From Octopus vulgaris (lineage: Eukaryota), in the NCBI GenBank assembly GCA_951406725.2, contig OX597824.1, positions 77,066,001 through 77,130,000 on the forward strand: a stretch of 64,000 bases of DNA. Reading direction: 5' to 3'. Positions within the stretch are counted from its first letter, which is position 1. Every line of letters starts with the position of its first letter. Made by a program: the position numbers and the translations under genes. Under the pieces are notes generated by a model that was not told where the DNA came from, made no database searches, and worked only from the letters and a program-made list of their open reading frames with translations. Positions 55,707-64,000 of the stretch are shown in pieces.

Positions 55707-55910
55707 TAATCCAAACAAGAAAACACTAAAAAACACAACGCGAGGACGTGGAACAAAAATAGTATTATTGGACGCTCAGGAAAGAAGGGAAGAAGGAGGG
55801 TTTAACGTTTCGAGCGGAGCTTTTCGTCGGAAACACAGGAGAAGGAAAGATCCCAAGAAGGGAAGACAGAGGAAAAAAATCGCCAACGGTACACACGAGG
55901 TCACATTATC
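55702..55910 (-). mobile_element. Penelope-like pLTR fragment with minimal hammerhead-like motif
   Basis: gttt-CCGACGA-aaagctccgctc-GAAA-cg-TT-aaac at 55834-55800; CpG-rich, so probably young. Confidence 0.6.
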
Positions 55911-55988
55911 TAAACATAAATATGGAGAAGAAGCACACTCTAAGAAATAGAGCAGTCTATATTTTTTTCTTGGTGAAGGCTGGTTTAT

Positions 55989-56049
55989 GGGGTTACCCTG
56001 GGTTTCCAGTCCATAAAGGGTTTAAGTTTATGACATATCATCAGACCCC
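55989..56049 (-). ncRNA. Type I hammerhead ribozyme motif, intact core
   Basis: ggggt-CTGATGA-stem II (cataaa/tttatg)-GAAA-cccaggg-TA-acccc; predicted GUA cleavage between 55994 and 55993. Confidence 0.7.
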
Positions 56050-56098
56050 AAGACTTGTTGAACAGGTCTTGGGAGTCTGATGATACACCATAGCTCTT

Positions 56099-56159
56099 GG
56101 GGTCTAACGATACGCCATAAAGTTAAGCACTTTATGGACGGGAAACCTAGAGTAACCCC
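56099..56159 (+). ncRNA. Type I hammerhead motif, core mutated (inverted partner)
   Basis: ggggt-CTAACGA-tacg-ccataaagt-taagc-actttatgg-acgg-GAAA-cctagag-TA-acccc. Confidence 0.6.
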
Positions 56160-56167
56160 ATAAACTG

Positions 56168-56302
56168 ACTGCTTACCAACCACATGGTTCTGAGTTCAGT
56201 CCCACTGCATAGCACCTTGGGCAAGTGTCTTCTACTATAGCCTCGGGCTGACCAAAGTCTTGTGAGTGGATTTGGCAGACGGAAACTGAAAGAAGCTCGT
56301 CG

Positions 56303-56337
<35 letters not shown>

Positions 56338-56540
56338 CTGTGTTTGTCCCCCCAACATCGCTTGACAACCGATGCTGGTGTGTTTACGTCCCCGTAACTT
56401 AGCGGTTCGGTGAAAGAGACTGATAGAATAAGTACTAGGCTTACAAAGAGTAAGTCCTGGGGTTGATTTGCTTAACTTAAAGGTGGTGCTCCAGCATGGC
56501 CACAGTCAAATGAATGAAACAAGTAAAAGAGTAAACGAGT
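56168..56540 (+). mobile_element. Family A SINE (5'-truncated)
   Basis: Match to family A. Confidence 0.9.
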
Positions 56541-57552
56541 AATATGTCCTTTTTTTATATACTTGTTGGTTACCCAGGCTACCATTGGTTTCATGTTAAG
56601 AGAAGTGTATCTCTTAACAATTTTCATGCAGCCCTATTGCATGGGATGTTGGTGTTCAACTCCATCTTGAATGAAAAAAGCAAAGCAAAGATATGTTTCA
56701 CACAGGCTCTTCATATTTGCATTTCGTTGCATATGCACTTCTGTAGACGTCTGTAAATATTTGCGAATATATTTTATGTAAGCATATAAAGTAAAACTGG
56801 ATCAATAAATATCAGTTCATGAGTGTATAAATGTCCGTATATGAATGTGTGAGAGAGTGTGTGTGTATGTGCATGTGAGTGAGTATATGGTGGCTTGTGT
56901 TGGCTTTCTCTGGTGCATAACGCAAAACAAAGCAGTATGTATATATGTGTGTACGTTTTTTTTTTTTTTTTTGTTGTTTTTCCAGTTTCAGCTCTTGAGC
57001 TGTGGCCATGCTGGGGCACCGCCATTGTGGTGAAAGAGTACAGCAGGGATCACCACCCCCTGCCGGAGCCTCGTAGAGCTTTTAGGTGTTTTCGCTCAAT
57101 AAACACACACAACGCCCAGTCTGAGAATCGAAACCGCGATCCTGCGACCGCGAGTCCGCTGCCTAACCACTAGGCCATTGCGCCTCTATGTGAGTATGCA
57201 AACACACACATGTCCGTTTTCTTAGTGTAATAAGCTAAAGTATGTAAAACAAATCTATGTGGGTGAAGTAGTGTGCATGTGAATGTGTGTTTGTATGTCT
57301 GTGTGTTTATATATGTGTGTGTGTGTGTGTATGTATGTGCATATGTATTTATATGTATGTATATGCATATGTATATCTGTGTGTGTATATATATGTATAT
57401 ACATGTTTATATATATGTATGTATTTGTATATATGTGCATGAGTGCATGTATATGTATGTATATGCATATGTATAATATATATATATATATATGTATGTG
57501 TGTGTATGTGAATATATATATGTGTGTGTGTGTGTATGCATGTATTTGTATG

Positions 57553-57595
<43 letters not shown>

Positions 57596-58076
57596 ATATT
57601 CATATGCAAAGGAATCCAAGTCATAGAAAATCATGTAATATGATAGTCTTTACCTTAAAGGAAATCAATAAGCCTTCATGTGTGTGTGTGCTTATGCTTA
57701 TTGTGTGTGTGTGTGTGTGTGTTTGAATATCTGTGCATCACTGCTTTAAGATATTATGCAATCTTGCACACACACACACACACATGCAAATACAACCATA
57801 CGAGTATGGAGCATGTTTGCAGATATGTATTACTATATGTTCGCATTCATTTAAATGCCTGCACATACATACACATATATATACATATATATATATAGGC
57901 TTAGATATGATCATATGCCTATAATTGTTTTGTGCATTCATGAATGAATACATGAGATTGAGTCTTAAGGAGACCACTTTGCAATCATAAGGTTTCAGAT
58001 GAGATCCTACCGCAAAGTCTTTTGGGCATTTCCATTTTTCTTTTTCCGCATAACCTCAGATAGACCGAATACTTAC

Positions 58077-58120
58077 ATTGTAATATATTGAGTAGACAGA
58101 TTCTATAGAATGGACTCTAC
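58077..58120 (-). CDS. Candidate 44-nt exon (xRVHSIESVYSIYYN)
   Basis: ccaattcaatttcag|...|gtaagt; one open frame, phase 1 to 0. Confidence 0.45.
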
Positions 58121-60094
58121 CTGAAATTGAATTGGTCAAGTCTTGTGATTATTTGCTATGTCATGGTGACTCTGTCTGAGGAAGGCAGTGAATTTGCAGG
58201 CTTGTTAGAGTGATGGAAAGAATGCCATGCAATATTTGTTCTGAATCACTGCACACTGAGTTCAAATTCTGCCAAGGTTAACTTTGCCCTTTATCCTTTT
58301 GAGTTGCTTTAAAAAAAATGTACTAAAATTTTATTAATTCCTTTGGACAGTCTCATCATATGTATATACGTGTGCATGTGCTTATATATATATGTGTGTG
58401 TGTGTGTATATACATACACACATGAATATATATAAACATATAAACAAGTATATATGTTTATATACACACATATAAACAACTACATATGTATATATATACA
58501 AGTATATATATATATATATACAGCAATATATATATATTGTCTTGTGAGTGGATTTCATTGACGGAAACTGAAAGAAGCCTGTCGTATATATGTGTGTGTG
58601 TGTGTGTGTATGTTTGTGTGCCTGTATTTGTCCCCCCGACATCGCTTGACAACTGATGCTGGTGTGTTTACGTCCCCATAACTTAGCGGTTCGGCAAAAG
58701 AGACCAATAGAATAAGTACTAGACTTACAAAGAATAAGTCCTGGGGTCGATTTGCTTGACTTAAGGCGGTGCTCCAGCATGGCCACAGGCAAATGACTAA
58801 AACAAGTAAAAGAGTAAAAGAATATATTTTTATAATTAAATATTATTAGATATTCTATAAAAAACTGCTAAAATATTTTGTGTATTGTAGAAGTATAAGC
58901 GATTTATTGCTTATATAGAACTGTATAAGCAATTTATAGCCAATAAATTTTAACAGTAAAATCCTACACAGACCCCTAAGGGCCATATGGACCCTAGTTG
59001 TGAGCCACTGATCTACATGAATGGTACAACATAAAATAAAGCTTCTTCTCTGCTTGAAAATCTACATGAATGGTGCAACAAATGGCGGCTGTTCTATGGA
59101 CCGGAGGAACCAATCAAGGCTCTCTTCTGCCTGAGGATCTACATGGATGGCATATGTGGAACAGTCTGCCATTTGTACTATGACTCAATAAGTAGTCAGT
59201 GTCCTATTTATTAAATGAAGAAAATATTTAATAAATAGGACACTGTCCAAGTATCAACATGACCTGAGCAACCAATCAAGGCTTTCCTCTGCCTGAGGAT
59301 CTACATGAATGGCATAAGTGGAACAGTCTGCCATTTGTACTATAATTCAATAAGTAGTCAGTGTCCTATTTATTTGATAAAAAAAATATTCATCCCTCAC
59401 ACAGACTGAGATCCATTTACTTTTTCTTGTTTTATGTGTGTTAAGTGTATTTACGTCTACCAAACTATCGCAGTGCATTAAGCAAAGCGGTTAAGGAGAA
59501 ACATAATTGTAGATTTTGTTTTAAGCTGTCATTCTAGGGTAAATATAGAAACATCAATCAGGGATGCTGACAAAAATCACCAGACAACATTGTGCAGAGA
59601 TGTATGGCTGGCTTGCTGGCTGGTTGAATGGTTGTAATTCAAGTCATCTGCAGAATGGTATTGCTGTTATTGTTGTTAGTGGTGGTCATAGTTGTGATGG
59701 TGGTGGTAGTATTTTCTTTTAAAGCTAATTATTTTTGTTGTTTTTAGTGTATCCCCATCAGCTCCAGTCAAGCAGAAGTATGCTACATAGTTGTCTTATA
59801 GACTGTTGACATTGTAGATACCCTTCATAGCTTATTTATAGTTTGTGTCTCACATTTTGTGGTTGTTGTAGTAGTTGTTGTTATTTTTAGCCATCGGGAT
59901 AGGTCTGCTGTAAGAAATTTAAAACTCGATTCCCTGTATGATCTATTTAAGCCACAGGTGCAGTCATTGCTTTCAGATCAAGAAATTTGTTTTGTAACCA
60001 CATGGTTTTAGGTTTAGCTCAAATGCACAGTTCCATGGATAAATATCTTCTATAGGCTTCCTCACAGTTGCATTCACTAGACATTAGTTGTTTG

Positions 60095-60384
60095 TTTGTT
60101 CCTTCTTGAGCCACACCTGGCTCATAAGGGCCGGCTTCCCAGCTTCCTTGGCATATAGGTTCCCCACCTGGATGGGACACCAGTCCGTTGCAGGTGAGCT
60201 GCAAGATGCAGAAGGAAAGAGTGAGAGAAAGTTGTGGCGAAAGAGTCAGCAGAAGTTCACCATTACCTTCTGCGTGGAGCTTAGGTATTTCGCTCATAAA
60301 CACACACATCGCCCAGTCTGAGATTCGAACCCACCATCCCTCAACCATGAGTCCGCTGCTCTAACCACTAGGCCATGTGCCTTC
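60095..60384 (-). mobile_element. Family B-related SINE
   Basis: tggcctagtggttagagcagcggactc head on minus; partial sister at 57028-57186. Confidence 0.8.
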
Positions 60385-61726
60385 AGACATTAGTTGGCTC
60401 AGGGCTATAATGGTAAATGCTTGGCCAAAATGCTGTGCAGTGGGACTGAGCCCAAATCTATAAGATTGTGAAGTGAACTTCTTCTCCACAGAGAAGGCCC
60501 GTCAAGCTTATCCCCACATCTCATTCCCTAACACTCATCACTTCTTTATCTCTGGTATCAATCAGTTAACATAATCACCTGAAAGCAGAACAGGCATGAA
60601 ATATATCTCCTCCCTTTTGTTATCTTTCCGATTTTCCACCCCACCCCCACTGCACCAGAACCACTTCCATTCCTCATTATCTTTTTCCAGCCATGTTCTC
60701 TCCTCTCTGCTATACTCCATCTTAACCCCTCCTTTATCCCCTATCATTCCCAGTGCTCTCACATACCTAACATATCTTCTCTCTCTGAGCCACTCCTATA
60801 TCTCTCACCTTCAGTCATTTGATTACCTGTCACATTTATCTCATCTAACCATCTTCTCAGGTATTCTTATGGAACTTACCCTCTTTCTCCCAGTTCAATC
60901 TTCCATAACACTTTACCTATATTCATCCAACTCTGTACCTTAAGGATATGTCTTGACACATTTCCACCATCACCACCTATCACTCCCCCCTCTCACTCTC
61001 CTTCTCTCTTTCTCTCTAAATCTCTCTTTCTTACCCTTCTTCTCCAATTGGGATATCTCTTCTATGGCAAGACACCTATCCCTCTATTATTCCTTTAACC
61101 TCTCATCAACATTATTCCATTAACCTCTCATCAACAGGCATGCAGCCACTTTCCTTAGTACTACAGCCTGCTCCTGGTCTAGACGACTTTGTCTGGTCTT
61201 ATAAGTTACTTGGTAACCCCACTGTTGCTGGTACCATGAAAAAAGTCCCCAGTACACTCTGTAAAGTGATTAGTATTAGCAAGGACATTCAGCCATAGAA
61301 ACCAAACCAAAATGGCTGGGCACAGACTTCAGGCTTGCCAGCATCTGTCAAACCATTCAACCCATGCCAGCATGGAAAGCAGATGTTAAATGATGATAAT
61401 GATGATGATGATATATCACATGGTAATATAGATGTGTGTGTGTGTGTGTGCGTGCATGCGTACGTGTGAGTGTGTATGCATGCATGCATGTGTGGCTTTG
61501 TCTCTCACTGCCTGACAACCATCATTGGATTATTTATGTCACTGTAACTTAGTGATTTGGCAAAATGAGGTCCACATAAATATTGAAATAAATACTGAGA
61601 GTTGATTTGATTGACTTAACCCTTTAAAGCAGTACTCCAGCATGACCACAGTGTCATGACTGAAACAAGTAAAACAAAAGAAAAAGAAAGCAATAAAAGA
61701 ATAGTGTATATAATAATAATAATAAT

Positions 61727-61787
<61 letters not shown>

Positions 61788-61880
61788 TGAGGGAAACTTA
61801 TTCCAAACTTACAGGGAAAAATTCAATTTAGAAATACTAAATCAAATTTCACAAAATATAATATATATATATAAATTAGA

Positions 61881-62130
61881 AAAAAAACCCACCTTTTATC
61901 AATTCAATAATGAAATATTAAATTACACCTTCTAGAAAATTACATATTATAGAAAGATTAAATATAAGATAAAAAATATAACGATAATTAATATGTTTTA
62001 TTTATTATTTTGCACATTACTTAATCATCGTTATAGTTTTTATCTTATATTTACTCTTTCTATAAGATGTAATTTTCTAGATGGTGTAATTTAATTTTTC
62101 ATTATTGAATTGATAAAAGGTGTTTTTTTT
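61881..62130. repeat. Long AT-rich inverted repeat (~110-bp arms)
   Basis: caccttttatcaattcaataatgaaa...acgat / atcgt...ttcattattgaattgataaaaggtg. Confidence 0.85.
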
Positions 62131-62173
<43 letters not shown>

Positions 62174-62243
62174 TGGAGTAAACACATAAATGTGAAACAA
62201 GGTAGGAAAAAGAGTACTCAAACACCAGGGGTAGTGTAATATG

Positions 62244-62390
62244 CTTTATTTAAAAGCAGCAGAAAATTCAACAAAATCTGTTACTCTGAGTTTCACGTTC
62301 CTGTTATTCTAGCAAAAACTGTCCGACCAACAGGAACGTGAAACTCAGAGTAACAGGTTTTGTTGAATTTTCTGCTGCTTTTAAATAAAG
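62244..62390. mobile_element. Penelope-like inverted repeat with hammerhead-like motif
   Basis: 62-bp near-perfect arms; + strand ctgt-CCGACCA-acaggaacgt-GAAA-ctcagag-TA-acag (62319-62356). Confidence 0.7.
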
Positions 62391-62917
62391 TGTATATATA
62401 TATACGATGGTTCTAGAACAGCTATCCACTACATAATTGTCCCCATAATTCTTCCTTGAACATTTGCCCCCATACGACAACTATCCTTGGTATCCTCTTG
62501 GATAATTTTATCCCTTTTAAAATGAAATTAAGGAAAGGCATAGCTGTAAGATGCAAATATATATCAATAAAGCTGGTTTTGTTATGTTTTTATCTATTAT
62601 CTAGCAAGAAGAAGAATGTATTAATATTTGTATTCTTATATTATATTATCATAATTATACCCCCAAAATAAGCAAACTGTGGTCTCTATACAAATGCAAT
62701 CATTAATAATTATAATTAATAATTGCATTATTACAATAAAAGGATTATTACAATAATTAGTAATTATTAATGCTTATTTGCACCCTCATAATTGGGAAAA
62801 GTATCCAGGAGGCATCTGTCAAGAAGCAGTTGTCAAGAGGTGTATATAGTGGAGGGGATAAGCAATGGTCCTGATATCATACAAAGATGTTGTCCAATCT
62901 ATCCTTCATTTATATAT

Positions 62918-63310
62918 TTACTCTTTTACTTGTTTCAGTCATTTGACTGTGGTCATGCTGGAGCACCGCCTTTAGTCGAGCAAATCGACACCAGGATTTA
63001 CTTTTTGTAAGCCTAGTACTTATTCTATTAGTCTCTTTTGTCGAACTGCTAAGTTACGGGAATGTAAACACACCAGCATCAGTTGTCAAGTGGTGTTGGG
63101 GGGACAAACAGACACACACACATACATATATATATATACATATATACAATAGGCTTCTTTCAGTTTCCATCTACCAAATCCACTCACAAGGCTTTGGTCG
63201 GCCCAAAGATATAGTAGAAGACACTTGCCCAAGGTGACACGCAGTGGGACTGAACCTGGAACTATGTGGTTGGTAAGCAAGCTACTTACCACACAGCCAC
63301 TCCTACGCCT
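62918..63310 (-). mobile_element. Full-length family A SINE
   Basis: Complete reverse-complement match. Confidence 0.9.
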
Positions 63311-63817
63311 TTTTATTTTAGTGTGTGTGATTTGAAAGTAATTTGATTGTTATTTCTAGTTTGATGAGTGACCATGTAAAGTGTTGCATACACAACAAAA
63401 CGTAAATTCTAGTGAAAACGTTTCTCATTTAGATGGCCTTTGATTGTAGTCTGTTAACAGTTTTTTATAATTTAAAGAAAATCATTGTTATTTTCATTGT
63501 CAGTCATGTTTTGCATCTGCTTTTCCACACTGACATGGGTTAGGTGGGTCATTGCAGACCAAGTCAATTGTTTTATGAAATTACTGTCTGCCAAAATGGA
63601 TAAGGGATCACATCTCACATGGTACATTTTCGACATTGTTTTTCTGGTGGGCTGCTTTTCCTATGACCAATCCCTTGGCAAAGCATAGTGGATACTCTTT
63701 ATCAGGTCATTAGAACTAAAGAAGTTGTCATGTCCCTAGCAAGATGACAAATCCTCTCTCTACCTTGTGTTGCTTTCGTTCACTAGCTAACCACTTTACA
63801 GAGAGCATAGCAGGTGT

Positions 63818-64000
63818 ACTTGCCTTTCATCCTTCCGGGGTCGATAAATTAAGTACTAGTTACACACTGGGATCGATGTAATCGACTTAATCCGTTTGTC
63901 TGTCCTTGTTTGTCCCCTCTGTGTTTAGCCCCTTGTGGGTAGTAAAGAACAACACCACCACTTGCCTTTCATCCTTTCGGGGTCGATAAATTAAGTACTA
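63818..64000 (+). mobile_element. Family D SINE 3' halves in tandem
   Basis: cttgcctttcatcctt..ggggtcgataaattaagtact at ~63819 and 63961. Confidence 0.85.

Overview
AT-rich, repeat-saturated eukaryotic genomic DNA. The combination of tRNA-derived SINE families, (ATG)n-tailed repeats and dense (TA)n/(CA)n/(GATA)n microsatellites suggests an octopus or other coleoid cephalopod genome (inference from memory, no search run). Nearly all ORFs in the supplied track are microsatellite or SINE artefacts. The recognisable protein remnants are a Penelope-type GIY-YIG endonuclease (11874-12176, -), a Tc1 transposase N-terminus (48958-49215, +), a mariner/maT transposase relic (46503-47063) and short LINE ends. 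A small non-autonomous Helitron, a Helentron-like element and several MITEs are also present. A series of short minus-strand segments with strong GT-AG splice signals (15-103 nt) suggests the window lies inside the introns of an unidentified minus-strand gene; the model is incomplete. The most striking structure is a set of about ten type I hammerhead-ribozyme-like motifs from several Penelope-like families. Three occur as divergent inverted pairs (17.8, 56.0 and 62.3 kb), and one (55989-56049, -) keeps an intact catalytic core.
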